This document shows, one piece after another, positions 50,626-59,368 of a stretch of 64,000 nt of DNA. Source of the stretch: Clostridia bacterium. GTDB lineage: Bacteria; Bacillota; Clostridia; Oscillospirales; CAG-272. A program made the position numbers and the translations under genes. Positions within the stretch are counted from its first letter, which is position 1, and every line of letters begins with the position of its first letter. Below the pieces are notes generated by a model. It made no database searches. It saw nothing but the letters and a program-made list of their open reading frames with translations, and was not told where the DNA came from. The stretch is taken from NCBI GenBank assembly GCA_017441005.1, contig JAFSAM010000005.1:27319-91318 (forward strand), given 5' to 3'.

Positions 50626-51294
50626 TCAAAGACCGCGAATGATGCATTTGCCGCCTTTTTCCGTTATTCTTTTTGCGGTATTCTCCAGATACTCTCTCGG
50701 ATGAGGCTGTCCGCAGTTTTCGACCTCTCTGTATTGCTGTAGATAATAGTCACTGTCGCCGACGATACTATCCGATATTTCGACTACGTCCTCCATAGTC
50801 AGATCGGGGCAGAAGGTCGTCCTGAACTCGTGCGGAATGCCGCTTTTTTTGATGTATTCCACAGTTTCAAGTATTTTATCGGTATCGATCCTGCATCCAG
50901 ACACCAGTGAATACTTTTGGGTATTCGCCTTGATATCCATTGCGATATAATCGATATATCCCTTTTCACAAAGACTTTTCACGACCTCACAATTTGTTCC
51001 GTTTGTGTCAAGCTTGATTTTGTATCCCATTCCTCTTACCCGTGCAATAAAATCCACAAGATCGGGCTGTAATGTCGGCTCGCCGCCCGAGATCACAACC
51101 CCCTTGACCATCCCTTTTCGTTTGTTCAGATAGTCCATAACAGAAAGCTCGTCCACAAGAGGAACGTTGCCCGAAATTATATGTCTGTTATGACAAAACG
51201 AGCAATTCATATTACATCCTGGAGTAAAGACCACACAGGCAATTATTCCGGGAAAATCCACAAAAGACGATTTTTGAAAACCGGCAATCTTCAT
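50626..51294 (-). CDS. nrdG: Anaerobic ribonucleoside-triphosphate reductase activating protein (radical SAM)
   Basis: CNMNCSFCHN cluster motif and GGEPTL. It lies immediately downstream of nrdD. Confidence 0.88.
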   Translation of the reverse strand: MKIAGFQKSSFVDFPGIIACVVFTPGCNMNCSFCHNRHIISGNVPLVDELSVMDYLNKRKGMVKGVVISGGEPTLQPDLVDFIARVRGMGYKIKLDTNGTNCEVVKSLCEKGYIDYIAMDIKANTQKYSLVSGCRIDTDKILETVEYIKKSGIPHEFRTTFCPDLTMEDVVEISDSIVGDSDYYLQQYREVENCGQPHPREYLENTAKRITEKGGKCIIRGL

Positions 51295-51375
51295 TTATGT
51301 CTCCTTAATTGTTTTACATTATTATATCACAAGACCCGGGCATTTGCAAGCAAACACCCGGATCTGTTTTCAGTC

Positions 51376-53451
51376 TCAGATTACGAACTTCTTTCTGAGC
51401 ATATATTCTTCTTTTTTACCCTTGTTGTAGTTCTGAACGGGACGGAGGTAGCCGACAACTCTCGACCAGACCTCTGCTTCCTGACCGCACTCGGGGCAAT
51501 TGAAGTGTTCGCCTACGATATATCCGTGATCGGGGCAAATCGAGAAGGTGGGAGTAATGGAAATATAGGGCATCTTATACTTGTCGAAAACCGACTTGAT
51601 AAGGTTCTTGCACACCTCAATATCCTCGATACGCTCGCCGATATAGAGATGGTAAACCGTACCGCCGGTATAAAGCGACTGCAACTCGTCCTGAAGCTCC
51701 ATACACTCGAAAATATCATCGGTGTAGCCGACGGGAAGCTGGCTGGAGTTAGTATAGAAGGGCTCTTCCTTACCTGCCTGAATAATGTCGGGATACATCT
51801 CGTGGTCGAGCTTTGCAAGACGGTAGGTAGTACCCTCTGCAGGCGTAGCCTCAAGGTTGTAGGAGTGACCCGTTTCTTCCTGGAACTGGCTCATAAGCTC
51901 GCGGAGGAAGTTCATAACCTCGATCGAGAAGTTTTTGCCCTCTTCCGAGCCGATGTCCTTGCCGAGGAAGTTGAGACAGCACTCATTCATGCCGACAAGA
52001 CCGATCGTATTGAAGTGGTTTGTCCAGTATTCACCTGTGCGTGCCTTGATGTTTCTGAGATAGTATGTGGAATAAGGATACAGACCCTTGTCGGACTGAT
52101 GCTCGATTATCTTTCTCTTGATCTCGAGCGAGGTCTTACCGATCCTTGCGATGCTTTCAAGCCTTTCGTAGAACTCTTCTTTTGTCTTGCTGAGATAACC
52201 GATCCTGGGCATATTGATGGTGTATACACCGATAGAGCCCGTCATCGGGTTAGATCCGAACAGACCGCCGCCTCTCTTGCGAAGCTCTCTCTTGTCGAGA
52301 CGGAGACGGCAACACATAGATACCGCATCCTCGGGAGAAAGGTCGGAGTTTACATAGTTTGCAAAGTAAGGAATACCGTACTTGCAGGTGATCTTCATAA
52401 ATTCATCGACAACGGGACTGTTCCACTCGAAGTCCTTTGTAATGTTAATGGTAGGAATGGGGAACGTAAATACTCTGCCCTTAGCATCGCCCTCGAGCAT
52501 AACGGCACAGAATGCCTTATTGAATATATCCATCTGCTCCTGGAAATCGCCGTACACCTTATCCTTGTACTCGCCGTGAATGATTACGGGCTCGTTCTTC
52601 AAGGTGTTGGGTACCTTAACGTCAAACGTAAGGTTGGAGAAGGGGCACTGGAAGCCTACACGGGTGGGAACATTTATATTAAATACAAATTCCTGAATAC
52701 ACTGCTTTACCTGATCGTAAGAAAGGTTATCGTAGTAGATAAAGGGTGCGCAATAGGTATCGATCGAGCTCCAAGCCTGTGCACCCGCGGTCTCGCCCTG
52801 GGTAGTAAAGGTGGAGTTTACTATCTGTCCGAGGAAGGAACGAAGGTGGCCTGCGGGCTTGCTTTCAACCTTTCCGCCGACACCGCCGAAGCCGTCCATA
52901 AGGAGCTGTCTGAGGTCCCAACCAGCACAGTAAGGTCCGAAGAAGCCGAGGTCATGGATGTGCGCATCGCCGCTCTCGTGCGCCTTTCTGACGTCCTCGG
53001 GATATACCTCATACAGCCAGTATTTTTTGGTAAATGCCTCTCTTACATAGTTATTAAGACCGTTTACCGATCTCTGCATATTTGCATTTTCTTTGATCGA
53101 CCAGTCCTTGTCACCGAGATAGTTTCCAAACATATCGATCGTAGCACCGATCAAAGAGTCAAGCTCTCTTGCCTGCTTTCTCTTCTGACGGTAAAGAATG
53201 TATGCCTTAGCTACTGTAGAATAGCCGTTTTCGATGAGCACCTGCTCAACAAGGTCCTGAACGCCCTCGACGTCAGGGGTGGAATCCTTATATTTTTCTT
53301 CTGCCTTTTCAACCACCATCATTGTAAGACGGCTTGCATTATATTCTGCATCGTACTCGCACGCGGTAAAAGCGTTACGAATAGCTTTTGTGATCTTGAT
53401 CTCATCAAAAAGCTCGACTCTTCCGTCTCTTTTTACTATGTGTGTAAACAT
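51376..53451 (-). CDS. nrdD: Anaerobic ribonucleoside-triphosphate reductase
   Basis: 691 aa with an N-terminal ATP-cone, a C-terminal zinc site CPDHG...CPECG and the glycyl-radical motif RVVGYLRPV. Confidence 0.95.
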   Translation of the reverse strand: MFTHIVKRDGRVELFDEIKITKAIRNAFTACEYDAEYNASRLTMMVVEKAEEKYKDSTPDVEGVQDLVEQVLIENGYSTVAKAYILYRQKRKQARELDSLIGATIDMFGNYLGDKDWSIKENANMQRSVNGLNNYVREAFTKKYWLYEVYPEDVRKAHESGDAHIHDLGFFGPYCAGWDLRQLLMDGFGGVGGKVESKPAGHLRSFLGQIVNSTFTTQGETAGAQAWSSIDTYCAPFIYYDNLSYDQVKQCIQEFVFNINVPTRVGFQCPFSNLTFDVKVPNTLKNEPVIIHGEYKDKVYGDFQEQMDIFNKAFCAVMLEGDAKGRVFTFPIPTINITKDFEWNSPVVDEFMKITCKYGIPYFANYVNSDLSPEDAVSMCCRLRLDKRELRKRGGGLFGSNPMTGSIGVYTINMPRIGYLSKTKEEFYERLESIARIGKTSLEIKRKIIEHQSDKGLYPYSTYYLRNIKARTGEYWTNHFNTIGLVGMNECCLNFLGKDIGSEEGKNFSIEVMNFLRELMSQFQEETGHSYNLEATPAEGTTYRLAKLDHEMYPDIIQAGKEEPFYTNSSQLPVGYTDDIFECMELQDELQSLYTGGTVYHLYIGERIEDIEVCKNLIKSVFDKYKMPYISITPTFSICPDHGYIVGEHFNCPECGQEAEVWSRVVGYLRPVQNYNKGKKEEYMLRKKFVI

Positions 53452-53504
53452 ATTTTCCCCTCCGAATTTCAGTCATTTTATCGTGATTGCACCCATTATA
53501 ACAT

Positions 53505-53552
53505 ACACCAAATATTGTTGTCAACCCCCACCCCCAACACAACATATTGTGC
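53505..53552. promoter_or_regulatory. Two NrdR boxes upstream of nrdD
   Basis: ACACCAAATATTGTTG (53505-53520) and ACACAACATATTGTGC (53537-53552) both fit the 16-bp palindrome acaCwAtATaTwGtgt. Centres are 32 bp apart, about 3 helical turns. Confidence 0.65.
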
Positions 53553-53782
53553 CAATCGGTACATCCGCCAATTATGCCCCCATGCTATACAAATGGTTAA
53601 AAAAGCTTGATTTTATGCTAAAAAAACAACTTTTCGAGTATCTTTTTTTCTCCCTTTTTTCGACAAAGAAAAAGCATATCCACAATATGTAGTCGCAAAA
53701 AAAATTTAACTTTTACTTTTTGTTGATTTTCCACATAATGTATGCTATACTGTATGTACAATTTTTTTGTGAGGTATTTATT

Positions 53783-54085
53783 ATGATCAAGCATATCGTT
53801 ATGTGGAAATTCAAAGAAGAGGCTGAAGGAAGAACAAAGCTGCAGAATATGGAGCTCGTCAGAGACAGACTGTACGCACTTGTCCCCATCGTCCCTCAGA
53901 TCAAGAAAATGGAGATCGGATTTGATTTCGGTAAAACACCTATGTCCTACGACATGATGCTTTACACCGAATTTGAGACCAAAGAAGACCTCAACATTTA
54001 TGCTGTCGACAGTGAGCACGCAAAGGTCAAGAAGATAGTTGCAGCAACCACAGAAGCAAGAGTCGTTCTCGACTACGAGGCATAA
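53783..54085 (+). CDS. Dabb (stress-responsive alpha/beta barrel) family protein
   Basis: MIKHIVMWKFKEE...EFETKEDLNIYAVDSEHAKV. RBS gaggt lies before the ATG at 53783; the track ORF starts earlier at 53720. Confidence 0.75.
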   Translation: MIKHIVMWKFKEEAEGRTKLQNMELVRDRLYALVPIVPQIKKMEIGFDFGKTPMSYDMMLYTEFETKEDLNIYAVDSEHAKVKKIVAATTEARVVLDYEA

Positions 54086-54115
54086 AAAGCATATAAGCAA
54101 GCTACAGAGAAGGCG

Positions 54116-55081
54116 GTGGACAACATTTATCCGGCTGTATTAAAAAAAGAATATGCAAAGACGGCGGACACCATCGCCCTCGGGCTTTTGCTCAATCTGT
54201 GTCTTTTACAGATACGCACCGATCTCGACGGTATTTTCACAAGGACGTTCATATCCATGGGCGTGACGGAGGCATCCGCCACTCTTGCAAACCTTCGTTA
54301 TTTGGTGAACATTATACTATATTCGCTGTCATTTCTTCTCCCCGCTTTTTTTATTTCAAAATTTTCAAACAGCGTTTATCCCCAAAACAAAAGCGAAAAC
54401 GGCAATTCCACTTGCCGTTTTCCCAAATATTTTTATTTTATTCTTCCGGCGGCATTGGGATGCATCACGATCGCCGGAAGATTGACCGAAATTTTACAAG
54501 GTCTTTTGGCATTTATAAAGATCGGATTCGTCAGTTCTTCCCCCGTTTTCCCCGACGACGTACTCGGAACCGTGCTCGTCTTTATCTCGTCGGCAGTAAT
54601 TCCCGCAGTAGTGGAAGAAATACTTTTCCGCCGCGTGATCTTAAGCCGACTTATCCCCTACGGCAAAGTCTTTGCCGTAGTTATGTCATCGCTTCTTTTT
54701 GCAATTATGCACGCAAATCCCTCGCAGCTGATATATGCGTTTGTCGGCGGACTTGTAATGGGCTTCATCACACTGGAATGCAGCTCGGTCCTGCCGGCTA
54801 TGATCATACACTTTTCTAACAACACGCTGTCGCTCATCTATCTCCTTCTAAAAAAACACATCGGAGACGATGCTTTCAGTATAACCGTAACCGCTTGCGA
54901 CATTGCTTTGTCGGTCATCGGTGTAGTTTCAATAGCATTTATCATATATAAAAAGAAGTTTGTTACCGAAGAAAAAAAACCTAAAGACTTTTTTCCGTTC
55001 AAGGAAAGTCTGCGACTTTATCTTTTGGCCTATTTAGCCTATGCCGTGTATCTCTCTTCAAGGTGGGTGTATGTAATATAA
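54116..55081 (+). CDS. CPBP family intramembrane glutamic endopeptidase (CAAX protease-like)
   Basis: EEILFRRV, FAIMHAN and HFSNN motifs in a polytopic protein. GTG start. Confidence 0.8.
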   Translation: MDNIYPAVLKKEYAKTADTIALGLLLNLCLLQIRTDLDGIFTRTFISMGVTEASATLANLRYLVNIILYSLSFLLPAFFISKFSNSVYPQNKSENGNSTCRFPKYFYFILPAALGCITIAGRLTEILQGLLAFIKIGFVSSSPVFPDDVLGTVLVFISSAVIPAVVEEILFRRVILSRLIPYGKVFAVVMSSLLFAIMHANPSQLIYAFVGGLVMGFITLECSSVLPAMIIHFSNNTLSLIYLLLKKHIGDDAFSITVTACDIALSVIGVVSIAFIIYKKKFVTEEKKPKDFFPFKESLRLYLLAYLAYAVYLSSRWVYVI

Positions 55082-55552
55082 ATGGATAATTCTGAAAACA
55101 AAAACGATGTATACTTTATGCGCCTCGCCATGGAAGAGGCAAAAAAGGCGGCAGAAATCGGTGAGGTTCCCGTGGGAGCCCTTGTCGTATGTGACGGAGA
55201 AATCGTATCGACGGCATTCAACACTCGTGAAACAGGTAAAAACGCCCTCCATCACGCTGAGATCAAGGCGATCGACGGTGCTTGTGCAAGACTGAAGGGG
55301 TGGCGACTCCATAAGTGTGATCTTTACGTCACCTTAGAACCCTGCCCGATGTGCGCAGGAGCTATCGTAAACGCCCGGATAAAACGCGTTATATTTGGTG
55401 CACACGATATGAAAGCCGGAGCATTCGGCTCGGTATTCAATATGAACGATCTTCCGCTCAATCACAAGCCGGAGATCGTTTCCGATGTTTGTAAGGATGA
55501 ATGTGCTGCCCTTCTTTCCGAATTTTTTGCAAAGCTACGGCAAACCAAATAA
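55082..55552 (+). CDS. tadA: tRNA adenosine(34) deaminase
   Basis: HAEIKAI and PCPMCAGA zinc-binding motifs; 156 aa. Confidence 0.92.
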   Translation: MDNSENKNDVYFMRLAMEEAKKAAEIGEVPVGALVVCDGEIVSTAFNTRETGKNALHHAEIKAIDGACARLKGWRLHKCDLYVTLEPCPMCAGAIVNARIKRVIFGAHDMKAGAFGSVFNMNDLPLNHKPEIVSDVCKDECAALLSEFFAKLRQTK

Positions 55553-55569
55553 AAGATTGGAATATATAA

Positions 55570-56238
55570 ATGGAAGATATTAAGATATTATATGAGGACA
55601 AACACCTGACTGTATGCGTAAAGCCGCCCCTTATTCTGTCCCAGCAGGACTCGAAGGGCTCCCCCGATATGACAGAGGCATTACGCACACAGCTCGGCAC
55701 CGTACACAATGTCGTTCACCGTCTTGACTTCGGTGTCGGCGGCACTATGGTCTACGCAAAAACCGATGTTGCTGCGGGCAAGCTCTCCGCCGCCGTTTCC
55801 GAAAGATCGTTTAAGAAGGAATATCTGGCGGTGATCTACGGAATACCGGAAAAGGAAGAGGGTATCTATAAAGACCTGTTATTTAAAGACTCGACAAAAA
55901 ACAAAAGCTTTGTTGTCGACCGTATGCGCAAGGGAGTCAAAGAAGCAAGCCTTGAATATAAGCTGCTCGAAACCAAAGAAACCGACAAGGGAGTTTTATC
56001 CCTCGTCCACGTCAAGCTTCATACGGGAAGAACGCACCAGATAAGGGTGCAGTTTGCTTCAAGAAAGACGCCGCTTTACGGCGACGGAAAGTACGGAAGC
56101 AAAACGTCGGACAAAACGACTGCCCTCTGGTCCTACCGCCTGACCTTTGCACACCCGATCTCAAAAAAAGTGATTTTTCAAGAAAGTTTGCCTCCGTCTG
56201 AATTCCCCTGGAATATATTCGATTTTTTAAAAAAATAA
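55570..56238 (+). CDS. RluA-family pseudouridine synthase (no S4 domain)
   Basis: HRLDFGVGGTMVYAKT catalytic-Asp motif and GRTHQIRVQFA. Confidence 0.8.
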   Translation: MEDIKILYEDKHLTVCVKPPLILSQQDSKGSPDMTEALRTQLGTVHNVVHRLDFGVGGTMVYAKTDVAAGKLSAAVSERSFKKEYLAVIYGIPEKEEGIYKDLLFKDSTKNKSFVVDRMRKGVKEASLEYKLLETKETDKGVLSLVHVKLHTGRTHQIRVQFASRKTPLYGDGKYGSKTSDKTTALWSYRLTFAHPISKKVIFQESLPPSEFPWNIFDFLKK

Positions 56239-56279
56239 CATTAGTTATTAAAAAAATACAAGTTAATATGCTTTTTTTA

Positions 56280-56308
56280 TTGACTTTTAAGGATTATAAT
56301 ACTATAAT
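56280..56308 (+). promoter_or_regulatory. Sigma-70 promoter of paralog A
   Basis: TTGACT, 17 nt, TATAAT. Confidence 0.55.
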
Positions 56309-56349
56309 TAAGATACTACAAAAAACGAACACTACAGTTCGAATATGAG

Positions 56350-57636
56350 GTGAATATTATGCCAAGAAGAAAGAAACTTAAACAGGTTCGTATAGGTATT
56401 TTCGGACTTCACCGCGGACTTTCTTTTGTGAAGAATCTCAAGAGGATCAAGGGTGTAACAATAGTCGCAGTATGCGAAAAGCTTGATGCAGAGATCGAGA
56501 AAGCAAAGGAATTTCTCCCTGAAGGAACACTTATCTTTAAGGACTTCGAAGAATTTTACAACGTTGAAATGGATGCGGTAGTTCTTGCAAACTATTTCCA
56601 CGAACATGCAAAGTATGCTATCAGATTCCTCGAAAAGGGCGTTCACGTTCTCAGCGAGACCACTGCAGCTCCTACTTTGGGTGAATGCGTTGAGCTCTGT
56701 CAGGCAGTTGAAAAGTCCGGCTGTAAATATCAGCTCGCAGCTAACACAAGCTGGATGCCCGGCGTAAGAGAGCTTCAGACACTTTATAAAAACGGTACCG
56801 TAGGTGACGCTATATTCGGCGAGGCTGAATACCTCCATCCTTGGGAAAGCGAGCCCTCCGGCTTCAACAACAGAGATAAAAATGCATACACACACTGGAG
56901 AAAGCACCTCCCCCGTACATACTATAACATGCACTCGCTCGGTGCTTTGATGGAGATCACAGGCAGTGTTCCCGTTAAGGTTTCGGGTAAGGCTTGCTAC
57001 TCTCCCAAGTTTACGGAAGCAATGAGTGCCCCCTACGTTGGTGACTCATCCTCCGTTACTATTTCCGAAATGGACAACGGTGCCGTATTCACCACCACCG
57101 GTTGCTCCTCTCTCGGTCCTATAAGCAAGTGGTTCAGAATTGCGGGCGACAAGGGTAACATCGAAACACTCCGTTTCGACCAGTGCGGCGTTCGTATCGA
57201 CCCCATGAAATGGCTTGTAGAAGAGGGCGCTGAAAACAACGGTGCTAAGATATATTATCCCGAGGATGCAAGATCCACAGGTATCTTCACCGACAAGGAG
57301 ATCAAGTATGCCGATCTTCCCCAGTCCACAAAGACCGGTCACGCAGGAAACTGTGACTTCTGGATCGCACTTTACTTCATCAAGAACCTCCGCGGCGAGG
57401 TCGAGCCCTTCTTCAACGTATACAGAGCTTGTGCACTTTCCGCAGCAGCCATCCTCTCTTGGAGAAGCGTTCTCAACGGCGGTAAGGAATACGAGATCCC
57501 CGATTTCACAAACAAGAGAACAAGAAGAAAGTACCTCATTGACAGAGTATCGCCCTTCCCGGACGAAAACGGCGAAAAGTCGGTTCCCTCTGCAAGTAAG
57601 GACTACAACCTCTTCGATAAATACGAAATCAAATAA
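56350..57636 (+). CDS. Gfo/Idh/MocA-like oxidoreductase, paralog A
   Basis: The N-terminal Rossmann layout is VRIGIFGLHRG...IVAVCE...MDAVVLANYFHEHAKYAIRFLEKGVHVLSETTAAP. The usual EKP motif reads ETT. Conserved GHAGNCDF and a PFPDENGEK tail are shared with paralogs B and C. Confidence 0.75.
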   Translation: MNIMPRRKKLKQVRIGIFGLHRGLSFVKNLKRIKGVTIVAVCEKLDAEIEKAKEFLPEGTLIFKDFEEFYNVEMDAVVLANYFHEHAKYAIRFLEKGVHVLSETTAAPTLGECVELCQAVEKSGCKYQLAANTSWMPGVRELQTLYKNGTVGDAIFGEAEYLHPWESEPSGFNNRDKNAYTHWRKHLPRTYYNMHSLGALMEITGSVPVKVSGKACYSPKFTEAMSAPYVGDSSSVTISEMDNGAVFTTTGCSSLGPISKWFRIAGDKGNIETLRFDQCGVRIDPMKWLVEEGAENNGAKIYYPEDARSTGIFTDKEIKYADLPQSTKTGHAGNCDFWIALYFIKNLRGEVEPFFNVYRACALSAAAILSWRSVLNGGKEYEIPDFTNKRTRRKYLIDRVSPFPDENGEKSVPSASKDYNLFDKYEIK

Positions 57637-57643
57637 TAAAACT

Positions 57644-57677
57644 AAAGATCTTTTCCAATCGGAAAGGATCTTTTTTT
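57644..57677 (+). terminator. Terminator after paralog A
   Basis: Stem gatcttttcc / ggaaaggatc followed by T7. Confidence 0.7.
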
Positions 57678-57752
57678 ATGCCGCCCTCTATGGACTATTT
57701 AACTAATTTTGGATTATTCAACTTAAAGATACACCAATAATCGTTTATTCTC

Positions 57753-57780
57753 TTGACAGCGCGCTTTTTCTTAATAAAAT
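57753..57780 (+). promoter_or_regulatory. Sigma-70 promoter of paralog B
   Basis: TTGACA, 16 nt, TAAAAT. Confidence 0.5.
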
Positions 57781-57824
57781 AAAGGCAGAGACCTTAACTT
57801 ATTCATAAAATGAGGTAACGAATT

Positions 57825-59108
57825 ATGGCAAGAAAAAAAGAAAAAACGATCCGCATAGGTATCTTCGGTCTTCAGCGCGGCATCTGCTACGTAAGACACA
57901 TGCAAAGAATTGAGGGCGTCAAGGTGGTTGCTGTTTGCGACTCGATCGAGGCTCATCTCGAAAAAGCCAAGGAGATCCTCCCCCCCGATGCCAAAGCATT
58001 TAAAAGCTTTGACGAATTTATCGAATGCGAAATGGACGCTGTCGTTCTTGCAAACTACTTCCACGAGCACGCTAAATACGCAATCAAAGCACTGAAAAAG
58101 AAGATTCACATCTTAAGCGAGACGACCGCAGCCCCTACGTTAGGCGAATGTGTACAGCTTTGCCGTGCAGTCGAGCAGTCAAAGTGCAAGTATATGCTTG
58201 CGGCTAACACAAGCTGGACTCCCGGTCCGAAAGAACTGAAAAAGCTCTACCAAGCAGGCGTGATCGGTAAGGTCAGATATGCAGAGGCAGAATATCTCCA
58301 TCCGCCGGAAGTAGCTCCGATCGGATTTAACTGCCGAGATAAAAATGCTTATACGCATTGGAGAAAATACACGCCCAGAACCTATTACAATATGCACTCC
58401 ATGGGTGCTTTGATGGAAATTACAGGAACTGTGCCGGTAAGGGTAACCGGTGCTGCAGTTTTTGCCCCCGATTATATGGAATCGTATTCATCTCCCTACG
58501 TTGGAGATATGGCGGGCTATTGCCTTGCCGAAATGGATAACGGCGCGCTGTTCAACGCTACCGGATGTGCCGCACTCGGACCGATAAGCAAATGGTTCAG
58601 ACTCTCGGGCGACAAGGGTAACATCGAAACCGTCAGACTTACTGACGGCGGCGTCGGAAAGGTTCGTATTGACTATATGAAATACGCCATTCCCGACGGA
58701 GATGAAACAAAAGCAAGCGAAATGTATGATCCATCCGATGCAAGAGACTTAGGCTGCTTTACCGAAGAGGAAATTGCCCACGCCAATCTCCCCGAGGGAG
58801 CAAAATCAGGCCACGCGGGAAACTGCGACTTTTATATCTGCCTCTACTTTATAAAATACTTGAGAAACGAGGTCGAGCCATTTTTCAACGTTTACAGAGC
58901 AACAGCTCTTTCTGCGGCTGCCATCTTATCCTGGAGAAGTATTTTGAACAACGGAAAAGCCTATGACATTCCCGATTTCACCGACAGAAGACGCAGAAGA
59001 AAATATGAAAAAGATTTTGAATCCCCATTCCCGGATGAAAACGGCGAAAAGACTGTCCCCTCCACAAGCAAGGACTACAACCTCTTCAAGAAATACGAGA
59101 TCGAATAA
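57825..59108 (+). CDS. Gfo/Idh/MocA-like oxidoreductase, paralog B
   Basis: 427 aa, colinear with A and C. It carries the same SETTAAPTLGEC, GHAGNCDF and PFPDENGEKTVPS motifs. Confidence 0.75.
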   Translation: MARKKEKTIRIGIFGLQRGICYVRHMQRIEGVKVVAVCDSIEAHLEKAKEILPPDAKAFKSFDEFIECEMDAVVLANYFHEHAKYAIKALKKKIHILSETTAAPTLGECVQLCRAVEQSKCKYMLAANTSWTPGPKELKKLYQAGVIGKVRYAEAEYLHPPEVAPIGFNCRDKNAYTHWRKYTPRTYYNMHSMGALMEITGTVPVRVTGAAVFAPDYMESYSSPYVGDMAGYCLAEMDNGALFNATGCAALGPISKWFRLSGDKGNIETVRLTDGGVGKVRIDYMKYAIPDGDETKASEMYDPSDARDLGCFTEEEIAHANLPEGAKSGHAGNCDFYICLYFIKYLRNEVEPFFNVYRATALSAAAILSWRSILNNGKAYDIPDFTDRRRRRKYEKDFESPFPDENGEKTVPSTSKDYNLFKKYEIE

Positions 59109-59123
59109 TCACTGCTTGATACT

Positions 59124-59159
59124 ATGTCCCCGACACCTCGTTGTCGGGGACATTTTTTG
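59124..59159 (+). terminator. Terminator after paralog B
   Basis: 12-bp stem atgtccccgaca / tgtcggggacat followed by T6. Confidence 0.82.
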
Positions 59160-59271
59160 TTACTTTGGCACACAAATCACAAAACCCACCACTTTATTTT
59201 ATTAATTTTTATGGACTTTTTCACACCGATTGGACATTATAACTATAAAAATGATTAAAAAAATTAATCAC

Positions 59272-59300
59272 TTGACAATTTTCGGTCAAAAAAGTACAAT
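59272..59300 (+). promoter_or_regulatory. Sigma-70 promoter of paralog C
   Basis: TTGACA, 17 nt, TACAAT. Confidence 0.55.
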
Positions 59301-59368
59301 ATGTACAGATATAACGGTAATTGTTAGTCTGTTTATAAACCACACTTACAGAAACGAGGTATTTAGTT

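Noticed and set aside
51181-53610. 809-aa plus-strand ORF, the longest ORF in this part of the window
   Set aside because: It lies entirely antisense to nrdD and nrdG. Their minus-strand products carry unmistakable motifs (ATP-cone, glycyl-radical RVVGYLRPV, CPECG zinc site, radical-SAM CxxxCxxC). The plus-strand translation is low-complexity, has no RBS and matches no family. It is a shadow ORF.
53676-53735. Two DnaA-box-like 9-mers (aTATCCACA at 53676-53684, TTtTCCACA at 53727-53735) at the minus-to-plus gene-strand switch, raising the idea of an origin
   Set aside because: Both are only 8/9 matches, and roughly a dozen such matches are expected by chance in 64 kb. There are no further clustered boxes, and no dnaA, dnaN or other oriC-linked gene is nearby. 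The strand bias to the left is also interrupted by plus-strand operons. At most these are a weak DnaA-regulatory site for the nrd or Dabb promoters.
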